DNA of 64,000 nucleotides, from assembly GCA_043228905.1 (NCBI GenBank), contig JBHGNT010000009.1, forward strand, positions 11,346,001 to 11,410,000, written 5' to 3'. Of the stretch, positions 12,773-25,430 are shown piece after piece. How positions within the stretch are numbered: position 1 is the first letter of the stretch; every line of letters begins with the position of its first letter. The stretch comes from Azolla caroliniana (lineage: Eukaryota; Plantae; Polypodiophyta). The position numbers and the translations under genes are program-made. A model generated the notes under the pieces. It did no database searches. It saw only the letters and a list, made by a program, of their open reading frames with translations, and had not been told where the DNA came from.

Positions 12773-13746
12773 CGGCTTCTCCGGTTATGGCTCCGTCGAG
12801 AGCCTCTTCCGCTTCACCAAGTCTACGATGGAGTCGTGGAACTCCCTCTTGGCGATTCCCAGCACCTCCCGCAATCCTTCCGAATGTAACCGATCGCGTC
12901 ACACCACATGCACCGCTGCCCAGCCGGCGGCGTCCGATCGCAAGGTTGTTCGTCGTTGTCTCTCCGGGCCTGTGCGATCTGCAGGTCGCGCACCATCTGC
13001 GTCAGCTCCTCCACGTCATTCGATGCCGACCCTGACTCTAGCCAGATTCAGGTCTCTTCCTTCCTACCGGCCGGCACCGATACTGGCTCCTCGAGCCTCC
13101 TTGCTGAGACCGGCCCTGACCCCGACGAGCCTCTGTAGCTCCAATCGCGCCATTTGTCGAAATGGTTGCAGACCCGTCTTACCACGGCCCAGTCTATTGT
13201 GAGCCCTTCGTCTATTTCCAATAGGGGACCCAACTTTTCCCTGTCGAGCGCGTCCACCGACGTGACAAACAGCAGTACTCGACTCGTTTCGAGCATGGTC
13301 TGGTCCAGCGTCGACAGTCGCGCGAACCGTTTTTCAAACTCCTGGAGTAACGACGACGTGTTCCTCCCCTTTCCGGGGCTTTCCACCCACGCCATGAAGT
13401 CCCGCCTCGACAGCCGAAGCGAGTCGTCAAACCCGTACTTCTCGAGGAGCTGCAGCTCGAACTCCTCCCAAGTCTAGCATCCGGCCAGCACCTCGAGCAC
13501 CTCCGCGTGGATGCTCGGCGTCACCACCTGAGGGAATCCGGACAGCCGCCTGTCCATCGAGATATCCCTCATGATCATTTCGGCCCGGTAAGCCTCCAAA
13601 TAACTTGTGGCGTCTTTCCCATCGAACCGGCCTATAGTGCCGACGATCGATTCAACGGCTCTGTTGAGGTTACCCGTCCCCTCACGAGCGCTTACTAGTC
13701 GGTCAATGGCTACTGCCATTGCCTCCGCTAGCTCCGATCCCCTCAT
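12773..13746 (-). pseudogene. gag: B gag (deleted and frameshifted)
   Basis: GRFDGKD..YLEAY and CMWCDAIGYIRKDC; homologous to D and G gag. Confidence 0.85.
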
Positions 13747-13768
13747 CTTTCAACTCCTTTGCCACCTG

Positions 13769-13786
13769 TTCACGTCGGGTTCACCA
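13769..13786 (-). other. B primer binding site, tRNA-Trp
   Basis: TGGTGAACCCGACGTGAA, complementary to the recalled plant tRNA-Trp 3' end; 4 nt from the LTR. Confidence 0.85.
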
Positions 13787-13790
13787 AAGA

Positions 13791-14443
13791 TGTCGCGAAG
13801 TTTCGCGTTTGCGTGTAGGAAGAGGCGAGACCATGGGGGTCTTGGACTAAGGAGAGAGTGAGAGAGAGAGAGATGCAAGCTCACAAGAAGAGATTAAGAG
13901 CAAGGAAATAGGAATCCGATTACTATAGACAATAGCTTACAACTCGAATAGTTACAACCGGCAACCCAGTAATGGACCCGACACGGGGTCCTACTCACGC
14001 ACACCGACGACAGCCACATGACTCGAAGAAACAAAAGGGGAAAAGGGGAGAGAGAGACTCTGCTAAAAGCACACAGGTTGTCCACGAAGCAGAGAACTCC
14101 CGACACCTGCAGAGAACGACGATCGGAGGAGAGAGAGCTCGGCACTCGGTTTTGCAGCAGCACTTCGTCCTCGCCAATGCGCGGCCCCCCCTTCTTTCCT
14201 CATTCTCTCCTCTCCTTTTATAGTTCCCCCAAAAGGGGTGCCCCCCCTTTCCCTAGTCAAATCGCTTTATTCCTTGTCCCTTTTGACAGAGATACGCACG
14301 ATCCCTCCTAATAAATTTGCACTACCTAGTATTTACATCAGTTGATCCAATATCAAAATATCAATTCATGCGCCCATCCGTGTAAGAGCCGGTTCATGCG
14401 CCTTTTTCTCTGATTCCACCTATGCCCGGTTTTCTTCACGACA
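13791..14443 (-). repeat. B 5' LTR
   Basis: Direct repeat of 2959-3623. Confidence 0.95.
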
Positions 14444-16141
14444 ACGTTATTATTACAGGAATTTGAGTTCAAGATATTTCACCGGCCAAGCATACAACAT
14501 GCGGTTGCAGATTATTTGAGCCGGTTAGACTCCGGTGAAACCAGTGACGGAGTCCCAGACGAGTTTCTAGATGCAGAGTTGTTTAGGGTCACAACAGAAA
14601 CGGCAACGGATGTTACGGTTGTTGAGGAGGACAAGTGGCTCACTAACATGCACCAATTTCTAAGCACAGGATTACCTCCAGAGGAGATGAACAGAGACGA
14701 GCGGAAACGATTAGCAGTACAAAGTCGGCACTTCTGCCTACTGCAGGACACACTATTACGGTTGTCGAGGAGGACAAGTGGCTCACTAACATGCACCAAT
14801 TTCTAAGCACAGGATTACCTCCAGAGGAGATGAACAGAGACGAGCGGAAACGATTAGCAGTACAAAGTCAGCACTTCTGCCTACTGCAGGACACACTGTA
14901 CCATAAAGGCGCACGGTGCGCAGCGACGAAAAGGACCAAATACTACGCGAAGCACACTGCAGCGTTGCCGGAGGGCATTATGCTAGGGACACTACGGCAA
15001 GGAAAATATGGCAGAGTGTCCTATGGTGGCCGACAACATTAAAAGACACCGTCCGGTATGCTAAAGAATGCGATTTATGTCAGCGGATGGGCCAACCAAC
15101 GGAACAGGCAAGAATGCCTCACCAGCCGGTGCTGCCATTGGAACCATTTAAAAAATGGGGGTTGGACTTCGTCGGCCCATTTAAACCACCAGCAATGAGA
15201 ACCGGCAACTGATACGTGATCGTCGCTACGGACTACTGCATCAAGTGGGTGGAGGCTAAAGCACTACGTGACAACACCATGGCATCCACGGCAAAGTTTT
15301 TATATGAATATATCTGGTGCCGGTATGGATGTCCGATCGAGCTAATTAGCGACCAACCTAGGCATTTCCTAGGACAAGTTGTGGAGAGCTTGATGACATT
15401 CTATGCGGTGGTGCACAAGCGAAGCACTCCGTATTATCCGCAAGCGAACGGATTAGCTGAATCCACAAATAAGACGCTACAAAACATCCTGTGGAAAATC
15501 GTCAATGAGAACCAGACGGATTGGGATACAAAATTGCACAGTGCACTCTAGGCCTACCGGACAGCATATAAGACAAGTATCCGGAAAATGCCTTTCCGAT
15601 TGGCATTCGGATTGGAAGCGGTAATGCCGATCAAATTCCAGGTCCTCAGTTTGCGGTTACAGGTTCGGGAACGCCTAAACGAGAAGGAGTCGAAAACAAT
15701 CCGACTAGCAGCACTATGCGAACTGGAGGAACACCAGATAGCCAGCCTGATGCACATGGAACTGGAGCACACCGGAAAGGTAATGAAAAAATGTTCGGGA
15801 TCGGCAAGCCGGTACTTGTATTCCAGATCCGGATGGGTAAGATGTCGGGGAAGCTACGGTTTCGGTGGACCGGACCATATTGGATTAGACGAGAGTTCAA
15901 CGGTTCCTACCAGCTAGGGACACTCGCCGGAGAAGTTATGGGTAAATGGGTCAATGGGTTTCAACTGAAACCATACTATGGACCCATGCCAAGAAACCTG
16001 TTTGAGCAGACAAAGGCTGACACCGCACCAGACACCGGTAAGCATGACGAGACGATAACCGGTCAAGCAATCGGCAAGCAGGAAACCGGAGAAAGGGATC
16101 ACAATCCGGAGAAGAGTCTGTTTGGACTGGATACGGATTAA
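14444..16141 (+). pseudogene. pol: Element A pol continued: RNase H end and integrase
   Basis: LLQEFEF, ADYLSRL, H..GGH..C..C, WGLDFVGP, ISDQ, PQANGLAE and WTGPY motifs. Confidence 0.93.
14613..14897 (+). repeat. 143-bp tandem duplication inside A pol
   Basis: TTACGGTTG...GGACACACT occurs at 14613 and again at 14756; it shifts the frame. Confidence 0.9.
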
Positions 16142-16562
16142 CAAGATCAAGAAAAAAAAAAGGAAAAAAAAAGGAGAAAAAGAAAAAGAAAAAGAAAATT
16201 CGAATCAGATCCAATCAAACCCAAATCATGCGATGGCGAGGAGCAAACGGCCACATGCAATGAAAAGGGAGGAGTGAACGGGCACTTTGAAAAGCCAAGT
16301 AGTGGGCTATTTATAGCGTATTAAAACGCCGCCACGTGGCACTTCATTGCTATTATAGTACACGACGTGCACATTCTCAAGAATCGAGAAAGGCGCCAAC
16401 ATGCAGAAAGAAAACTTACACCGCATGGAGGCCTTCTCATTTCGCGAACAGAGAATTGCAAACCCACATAGGTGATTAAAGATAATCAGACGTGAGCACC
16501 CAGAGCCCCCTGATGCACCTACCTCACCAGTAACCACCGACTCAGAAGGAGAAACGGACTGC

Positions 16563-17681
16563 ATGACGCTCTCTCAGGCAACCAAGAAGTGGTTGAAGCA
16601 ACACAGATTGGAAGGATTCTTGAGGGTCATGGAGGCGCCACCACACAAAGAGGCGGAAAGGGTTGTCAAGGACATCGACACAAAAGTAATCACAGAGGAG
16701 GCCATCCGTGCCCTGACGGGCCTACCCGAAGGCGGCATCTTTACCATCGACAACCCTACCTCGGAGCAGCTCACGAAATACTTCGGTGAGTACTCTCTGG
16801 CCAGCAAGGCATATCGCACACAAGGTGGGGAGGATGGCTTATTCCGAGAGATTGCTCATGTACTCCACGAGTTTGGCCATGTGTACCCTCAACCCCCAGC
16901 AATGCCTAGGAACAGAGCTGGTTTAATTATGGCGACATATGAGGGTATACAGGTGGGCTGGTCGGTGCTGATCACCGACGGACTGCGTATGACCATCAAC
17001 TCGGTTAGAGGGAAGGATGGCAGGAAAATATGGTCAGCGATGGCGCAATGGCTAACGTTCTTAGCACCATTGCTGGAGCCCATCAGGACAAAGAAGCGAA
17101 GAAGGTCAACCTCCAAAACGGCTTCAAAACAACGGCAGCTATTGGCTAATAAAGCAACCAAAGGGAAGACAGAATAAACGACGAAAGAGCGGCCTAACCG
17201 GGCAGAGACGCAGGAGGCAACACCGGCACGGCCCATAAAGATTACATTTCGCTAACCAGGTCAACAGGAGCCAGAACCCTTGGTAATGAGAATCAATCTT
17301 GGGACTCAGGAGGAGGAAACGGAGGAGGATACCAACGAGCACCTCCAACGGCGCCAGAAGAAGAGCAATGCAGACCATGCCGGGAAGCAATTGGGTCCCG
17401 AGAAGTATAGAACGCCGATACACCGCACTGAGGGCCCAGAGCCAAGGGCGGAAGCGGAAACGGTTCAAACAGAACCGGTCACAGAAGTCCCTGCGCCGCC
17501 GACGTAACATAACAAGACCCGTGAGTCGGGAGCCAGTGATTCAGTTGCCTACATCATCGGCACACAAGGACCAACCAAAGCCTGAACAGCCAACTGAGGC
17601 ACAACCAGAGCCGGAACTGCCAAGTGGTAACCAACCGGAGCCAGAGTTGCCAACCAGACAAGATCAGCCACTGGCAAGCGC
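16563..17681 (+). pseudogene. Element A extra sense ORF after pol, part 1 (plant-mobile-domain-like start, P/E/Q-rich linker)
   Basis: ORFs 16563-17177 and 17280-17507; ITEEAIRALTGLP motif; the frame continues across D (PLASA|EIGQSS). Confidence 0.6.
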
Positions 17682-18079
17682 TGTCGTGAAGATCCGTCAC
17701 TACGCGCGGATCGTGAGACGGAACCGCCGGGGTTCTGGACCAGAAGGATTTAGAGTCGATACAAGCTTTGGTGAGAAAGTACTTAAGATAGATTGGGAAA
17801 GAGAGAAGTTGAGATTACACGATTGATTTGAAAACGAATTTCTTCCTCTTAATTTTCATAAAAAAAAACCGTGTTTTTTCTCCTCCCCCTTACCTCTTTT
17901 ATAGATGCTCTCATGCATATGATGCATGTGAGGGTACAAGACATGCATAAATTGCATGTTTGCCATTTGGTGCTTAAGTATTACATGTGGTGCATGCTAA
18001 CCATGTCACTCATTTTAGCTCTCATGTATGAGAATTTACATGTAAAAGTACAATGATAGAAATATAATTTCAACTAAAT

Positions 18080-18146
18080 AGCATGGCTTAATGGTAAGCC
18101 AATTGACTCCTAACTTGGAGGTGCAAGGTTTGAATCCATACTTGCC
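18080..18146 (+). promoter_or_regulatory. tRNA-like A-box/B-box module in D LTR U3 (second copy at ~28088-28154)
   Basis: TGGCTTAATGG followed by GGTTTGAATCC (GGTTCGAATCC in the 5' LTR). Confidence 0.6.
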
Positions 18147-18196
18147 CTCCTTATATATGTAAATATGTATATATATTTATATATTTATTTATCTAG

Positions 18197-18445
18197 TCGC
18201 CGGATACCGGTGCCTCGCCGGATACCGGTGTCGCCGTCGGATACCGGTGCCGTCGCCGGATGCCGTCGGTCGCCGGATACCGGTGCCTCGCCGGATGCTG
18301 CCGCCGGATACCGGTGCCGCCACCGGATGCCGTCGGTCGCCGGATGTCGGTGCCTCGCCGGATACTGGTGCCGGATGCCGGATGCCGTCGGTTACCGAAG
18401 CCTCGCCGGATGCTGCCGCCGGATCACCGGCTCCATCGCCGGTCC
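18197..18445. repeat. GCCGGATACCGGTGCC-type tandem array inside D LTR
   Basis: Many degenerate ~18-20 bp units; only a few in the partner LTR. Confidence 0.9.
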
Positions 18446-18893
18446 GGTTTTGGTTGGCCAAAACCCTTTACAAGTAGCTAGCCACCTCCACTCTTAGTTC
18501 AAGTTACCTTGAACTCTCTATGCTCCACACATAGACACAAAGATAATATCTTTTGCTCCACCTTATATATGATGAGAGCCGTATTTGTCGTGCCTATGTG
18601 GGATATCTCACAATTTTCTCTTTTCTTTTCACAAACTTTATACCCTCATATCTTGACATTTAGTTGTCCATTTCTCGTGTAATAAAGTGCATTCGAAACT
18701 TCCATCATTTTGTACTTAGATATTAAAAATGTTATCTTCACAATTATTGTATTACGTGATTCATACTCGATTTCGTACGTTTTATGGGTTTTTCACAGTA
18801 TTGCCGAAAATCTTCACGACATCCACCCCCACTAAACCGCACGTCCTTCAGTATGTGCCAAGAAGAGAAGAAGTGAGATTTCGGTTACGATGA

Positions 18894-20641
18894 TCAATTA
18901 GATTCCTCCATGTCTTCATTTTCATCCGGTCTATTATGTTCATCGTCGAGGTAATCGAGGTCAGGATCCTTGTCTTGTCTTTTCTTGAAAAGCTTTACTC
19001 TTTTTCCCGCAATGGGTACGGCCAACCTTGATCCGTCTAGTTCCACAAGGTGGTATGTGGCATTATCGTTGACACTTGTCACCACATACGGCCCGAACCA
19101 TCTTCTTGCGAACTTCCTTGTTGTACTATGTTGATTGTCAAGGGTGCTGTCGCAAACCAAAACCCAATCCCCTTCTTCAATCTTCTTGGGACAAAGTCGA
19201 TGCGTGTTGTCGAACCGAACTTTGTTCTTTACTCGGGCTGCCTTCATCATCTTTCGCGCTTTTTCTAAATCTTCAGGTCTTCTTTCAAGTTGCCTTATCC
19301 GCGCCGCTAATAACTCTTCTCGGCTCATCTCATTCTCCCACGGTATCGCTACCCATGAGGCGATCATCCTTTCGATGGGCATAATCGGCTTTTGTCCATA
19401 CATAAGCTCCGTTGGCATATACCTTGTCATCGAGCTATGTGTCGTTCTATCAGCCCACAAGGCATAGGGTAATAGTCGTGGCCAATTCCCGACTCGACCG
19501 TTGCATGCCCGTACCATGGCTTTAACGATAGGTCCATGCCCTCGCTCGATCTTCCCATTTGCTTCCGGATTGTAGGCAGTCGTGAGGGAGAGCTTCACGC
19601 CTAGTCTTTCGAAGAGCTCCGTCGCTTCGTGCGCATCCAACTCCCCTCGGTCGGCCACTATCTTCCCTACACATCCATATCGGCAAACAACATCTTCAAG
19701 TAAAAATTTACAAACGGCTGAAGTCGTCTTATTTGTCAAGGCTCGTCCTTCCACTTGATTTGTCAAGTCTTCCCTTGCGAGCGCTAAGTACTTCATTTGT
19801 CCCACTCCCATTGGAATCGAGACCAGATCCACCATCCATTTGAAGTGAATGGTGAGTGGGTATGTCGGCTTTAACTCATCACGATGACGTATATTTGAAT
19901 ATATTTGGCAAGTTTCACATGTGGACACGAAATGGAGTACATCTTTGTACATGCTTGGCCACCAATACTTCTCCTTCAATTTTTCAAACGTCGCCCATGT
20001 TCCTCTATGACCTGCCCAAGCACTCTCGTGGAATTCGGTCATCAGCGTCTCTTGCTCTTCTTTCTTTACCACCACTCGACGTGGTATTCCTATCCTTCTT
20101 TTTGGATGTCGCCAAAGGAATCCTCCCTTCAAGAAGTATCGGTAAGCTTTCTTTCGGATTCGTAGGGCCTCCTCCTTTGTTAACGAAGTATCTGTCGTCA
20201 ATGTTCTTAGGAATCTACTGATGAGTAACCATTCTCCTTCGTACTCGTTCTCGTTGAAGGCGTGGAGGGTTTGCGTGTCCTAGTCTTCCGCCGACAATCG
20301 AGCCATCTTGAAGAAGTTGAGGGCGACATCTTCATCTTCCGAAACCATGTTACTTCCATTTGAAAATCTTGCCCTCGACAGCATGTCAGCCATGGCGTTC
20401 TTCTTCCCTGCGATGTGACGGATCTCTGGGTTTAAAGACTTGATCTAGGCGATCCACCTTAGCATAGCAAGATCTGGGGTCGCACATCCCGAGACCATTC
20501 CGAGAATTGGGAGACAATCTGTCTCTATTATCACTTCTGACCCGATCAGGTAATCTTTGTCCGTCTTCACTGCCAACACAATACCCCAAAGTTCCCGCTT
20601 GACTTGGGCATATCTTTGTTGTCGTTCGCTGAGAACTTTTG
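18894..20641 (-). pseudogene. pol: D RNase H end and integrase
   Basis: 435-aa ORF with HHCC, VDL..D..E and WFGPY motifs; upstream RNase H contains stops. Confidence 0.93.
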
Positions 20642-21152
20642 TGTTGTATGTTTTAGGGTTAGGGTTAGGACGATGATGATGATGAATGATAACTATGATG
20701 AGTGGTAATGAAGATAGACATGGTGATGGTGAGAGAGATCATATAGAGAAGCATTGTGGGGTGGGGGGTGGTGCCTAGAATGGCTCCACCCCCCTCCCAA
20801 GGGGGTTCAACGTTGAGGGGAGGGAAGAGAGAGAGAGAGAGAGAGAGATGAAAAGAGAGATAGATAGAGAGAAATGATTCATTCATGTTTCATTCATTCC
20901 CCATGAGGGGGTTAAATAGTACAAGAGGGGGTAGATACAAAGGGGTGAAAGCCCCCTAGAGCATTCATATTGGACACTCACTCACACCTCATCGTATCCC
21001 TCCACATGCACACACGTGTGCATGTGTTCACATACATATCGACTCACAATTACATTTATGTTCCCTACACATATACAACATCATCATGATACTATTCGAC
21101 CCTCGCTCATCACACTTGACTCTCCGTACAGCTTGTACGGGGTAACACAATA

Positions 21153-21192
21153 TGGCACGCCCGTGGGAAAGTGCCTTGCACGTCGATCCCAC
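21153..21192 (-). other. E tRNA-Arg 3'-half mimic at the PPT position
   Basis: GTGGGATCGACGTGCAAGGCACTTTCCCACGGGCGTGCCA, 5 nt before the LTR. Confidence 0.75.
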
Positions 21193-23165
21193 ATGCCTTG
21201 ATGATGATATCTCTTCGACCGGAACTTCCATCGGTCCTTTCAATGATCGACTCCCTCGATCGGAGTGCTTGACTCGAACATCTTTGTCGGTCAGCAAATC
21301 TTTCCGCGACACGAACAATCTCATTCTATCGGCTTACGAACTTTTTCATGGGTCTAAAATCATGCCGTGTATATGTATGTTATTCCTTTGTTTTGAGTGT
21401 GTGTGAGTAGTCTTGGGGATTTTCAAAATTTTGGTGGTGCCCTCTTGTTTTTTTAAAATTTTGATATGTACCCTCAAACTTTGAAATTTTCATTCAGTAC
21501 CCCCTAGTTTCTGAAATTTTAGGCTGCTACCCTCAACACTTTAAAATTTCTTCACATGCCTCTTTCTTCTCTTTCTCCCTCTAATTTATTTTTTCTGTTT
21601 GCTTCTTACGTTTTCTCCCGCGTGTTGTCTGCATCTTCTTCCTCCTTCTTGGTGTTAACCGTTGCTTCTTCTCCTATTCCTGTCTTTCTTTTCCTTCTTC
21701 TCTGTTTGTGTTGTTCTGTCCTTTCTTCTCCTTCATTCTTTTTTTCTTCCTTCCGCTCTATCTCTCCTCTTATTTTCTGATTTTCTTCTTCTTTCTTTTC
21801 TAATTCCGCCTTCGTTGGTTGTCGGCTCTGTCCATGGTCTCTGTCTCTCTGCTCAGCCACTAGTTGTTTGGCCACTCCAACCATTTCAGTTCCTCCTGCC
21901 ACTCCATCTCTGTCTCCGGCGCCATTGCCGTCTCGGTCTCCGTTCTGGCACCGTTCAGCCACTCTGACCGCTCTTCGGCCGGCGCTTTTCCGGCCTCTCG
22001 TCAGTCTCTGTCGGTGTCGTCGTTCTGGGCATCGATCAGGCCCGTTCCGGTCATCTCCATGTTTGTCGTTGTCCGGTGTCGTCATGTCCTGCCGCCTTCA
22101 TTTTGGAGCAGTTCGGTCGCACTTCGACTGACTTTTTCTGGTATCGGTGTTGTCCTTCTGGGTGCTGTCGACCACTCTTCCGCTCCTATCCAGCCACACC
22201 GGCTTCTCTTTCGCTGCTGTCCGTAGCTTCTTCTTCTTCTTTTTCGTCGTCATTCTCAATGAACATTCTGCCGCCATTCGGCGTCGTCATTGTATTCCGA
22301 CCGTCGTCGTCGCTATCGTATCGGTTCCGTCATCGTCCGGCACCATCCATCGTCTTCCGCTCGTGCGTGTGCGTCCGGTCCGTCGTCTCGGGGCCTGTCT
22401 GCTTCCCCGGCCTTGTCCGGCTGCTCCAGCCACTGTCCGGCAATTTCGACCAGTTTCCGGCCCTTCTGGCCGCTTTTTCCGTTGTCTGGCTCAACTGGCC
22501 ATGTCTGTCCGGTCCATCTCCAGATGTCTGGCTCGCTGGCCTTGTCGGCCCTGCTGTCTTCTGGTTGCGTGTCCGGTCCATCTGTCTGTGTTGTCCCATC
22601 CTATTGTGTCTTGTGTCTTTTTGGTCGCCTTTGTCTAGTGCATCCGTCCGTATCTTTCTGGCGTTGTTGGTTGATGTCTAGTTTGCGTCTGCATCTCCAT
22701 CTCCATCTTCTTTGACCCTTCGGTGTTAACCGACTTGGGTTCTGGTTCCGATTCCGGTTCCGACTCTCTGTGCGTTTCTTCTTCTGGAACCATTGCCCGT
22801 GCATTCTCAGCACATCCTGCCGGTCTCCGCTCCACACACTACAACTTTCTCCGTAGTCTCCTGGTGGGCTTGTCTTTCCAGTTGTGCTGGCACCGGTTCC
22901 CTCTGTGTTGCTGTTTGTCCAGCCGTGCATCTTGCACCAAACTTTTGAGAACATACACATTGTCGCTAACCACTTTCGGAAACACACACATGGACATTAA
23001 TCGCAACCTCGCACAAACATTGTTGTCATTCATGCATTCCTCCATAGACTTCCTCCAACATCTTCACTGTCATTTTCGCGTTTCGCCATTTCTTGCACTT
23101 AGTCGCTATGGCTTGCACATCCGCGTATCATTCTTCGACTCCGTTTCCAAAGGGGGGTCACCTTA

Positions 23166-23175
23166 GTGGTCGCCA
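23166..23175 (-). other. E PBS (tRNA-Arg-type)
   Basis: TGGCGACCAC 5 nt after the LTR; identical in F. Confidence 0.65.
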
Positions 23176-23682
23176 AAAGGTGTTGTATGTTTTAGGGTTA
23201 GGGTTAGGACGATGATGATGATGAATGATAACTATGATGAGTGGTAATGAAGATAGACATGGTGATGGTGAGAGAGATCATATAGAGAAGCATTGTGGGG
23301 TGGGGGGTGGTGCCTAGAATGGCTCCACCCCCCTCCCAAGGGGGTTCAATGTTGAGGGGAGGGAAGAGAGAGAGAGAGAGAGATGAAAAGAGAGATAGAT
23401 AGAGAGAAATGATTCATTCATGTTTCATTCATTCCCCATGAGGGGGTTAAATAGTACAAGAGGGGGTAGATACAAAGGGGTGAAAGCCCCCTAGAGCATT
23501 CATATTGGACACTCACTCACACCTCATCGTATCCCTCCACATGCACACACGTGTGCATGTGTTCACATACATATCGACTCACAATTACATTTATGTTCCC
23601 TACACATATACAACATCATCATGATACTATTTGACCCTCGCTCATCACACTTGACTCTCCGTACAGCTTGTACGGGGTAACA

Positions 23683-25430
23683 CTTTGCTCCGAACCGGAC
23701 GGCATATTGCGCATTATCTTCACCTTCTTGATTGATGACCCACCCGATTCCGTTTGGGCTCGTATCTACGGTCATGTAAATTGGTTTCCCTTCGGCATCG
23801 TCGGCCTTCCTTAGTGCCGGAGCTTCAAGAAGCAGTTTCTTTAATCTTCGCATCGCCTCTGTGTGCTCGTCTCGCAATTCGAACTTTATTCTTTTCTTTA
23901 GTAGTCCATATAACGGTTCGGCGACATGAGCGTAGTGAGGAATCCATATATGATAAAACGTGCACGCTCCAAGGAACCTTCGAACCTCCGTTTGGTTTTC
24001 ACATTCTTCTTTCATGTCTTGGATTGCGCTCACTTTGGATGGCGAGGGCTTCCGGCCGTATGCTCCACACAAGTGACCTACCACCAAGAACTCTGGTTGC
24101 CCGAATGCGGATTTTTCTCCCGAAAATGTCAAATTCGCATCTTCGAGCCTTTGAAGCACCTTCTCGCAATCTTTCATATGATCCGCAACGAACTTTCTAC
24201 AACCTTCCTTATCTTTCGATTCATCTTTCTCCTCATCTGAACATCCTTTTATCGGAATATCATCCAAGAATGGCATCGTGATGTCCGGAATGCAATCCTT
24301 CAAGACTTTATTCATGGCATTCACCATATGAGCCACCGAGTTCGTTGCGCCTTGGGGTAAGGTACACATCCGCACAAGCCCGATCGGAGTCCTCATGGTT
24401 GTAATGTCCCGACTGTCGATCGCCAATTGGAATTGGTCATATCCGGAGTAGAGATCACCAATGGAGTAGATGGACCGGCCCGCAAACGCTTCGGCAAATT
24501 CGTCCACGCTCGGACCGATTCCGGCATTTCGAATTGTCACCTTGTTGACGGGTTGAAGATCTTGGATGAATCGCAATGATCCATTCTTCTTCGGCACCGT
24601 GAACCACCTATTGGAATAAGGAGCATTCGACGGTTCTAGAATTCCCATACTCACCTTCTCCTTTAAGAGCTCGATCAGCTTCGGAAGGTGTGCTCTCGGA
24701 ACCGGTATCGGTTTCAAGTTCCAAGGCACATGAGGCACCGTGAAGATCACCATCGGCTCTATAACCTTTGGGTCGGCGCATCCGATTTCTCGTGGGAAGA
24801 ATGCGAAAGCCTTCCCATGTTTCTCAAGCATATCGCGAAACATTCGGTCCTCTTCAGGGAGAAGGAAATTCTCCTTTCCAACTCGTAGCTTCCCCTTCGT
24901 CTCTTTGGTGAAGACATGACCTATCTTCTTCGGATCTCTTAAGCTTGGATCGTTAGCGACTTCCTTCATCTTTTGCCAGCTATCTTCCATAGCGGAACCG
25001 CAACTGGCTTGATCTTCTTATCCACCGTTTTATATTTCGTGTTGATGTCAACTTCCTTCATCGAGATGCCACGACGGTATTCATCGATGATAGCGTACAT
25101 GTTGACGGAGTTAACCGAAATCACGCGTTGGTTGTGAAGATAGCTCAAGTCCACGACGTCCTCGATTTCGCCGATGATGTCGTTAAATGAGGCTTCTTCC
25201 ATAATATGAGTCACGAACTCCCCTTCTTCTATTATGTTCTCTTCTTTCAGCATCTTCTCGAATTCTTGTATCCGGTGCTTGTGCTTCTTGTCGGGTAGTA
25301 CTAGTTTACATGCGCCACTAGGTGTGACACATGTTGTTTCTCCTTGCAATCCACGCACTCTTCTTTCTTGTGGGGTCTTGTGATTGCTCGGACTATTTGT
25401 GCCCCATGCTTCAATAGTCCGCTCTAAAAA
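23683..25430 (-). pseudogene. pol: D pol: linker, RT, RNase H
   Basis: FIQDLQPVN, DLYSGY, LPQG, FLDD and VDTSPNG motifs; one frameshift near 24990. Confidence 0.93.

Larger units (their letters stand above)
2959..14443 (-). mobile_element. Element B: tRNA-Trp-primed Phygy-like Ty3/Gypsy, internally deleted, contains C
   Basis: Paired LTRs TGTC...GACA, PBS at 13769-13786, PPT at 3624-3640, probable 6-bp TSD ACTTTA/ACGTTA. Confidence 0.92.
17682..18821 (-). repeat. D 3' LTR (carries the longer CCGG-rich array)
   Basis: Direct repeat of 27690-28625, about 200 bp longer. Confidence 0.93.
20642..23682 (-). mobile_element. Element E: non-autonomous, non-coding LTR element (~3 kb) inserted in D RNase H
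   Basis: Near-identical LTRs at 20642-21147 and 23181-23682; TSD TTTTG/CTTTG; host frame RFGAK|VLSERQ. Minus orientation inferred from TATTTAA plus a CT-rich leader and the PBS at 23166-23175. Confidence 0.88.

Noticed and set aside
18197-18445. Repeat arrays as possible CRISPR arrays (also 45695-45925 and 46225-46575)
   Set aside because: No unique spacers and no cas genes; they are degenerate tandem repeats inside eukaryotic LTRs.
21556-23166. Many overlapping ORFs in the E interior (likewise 42521-43748 in F)
   Set aside because: Low-complexity, stop-poor sequence; translations are not conserved between E and F and show no domains.
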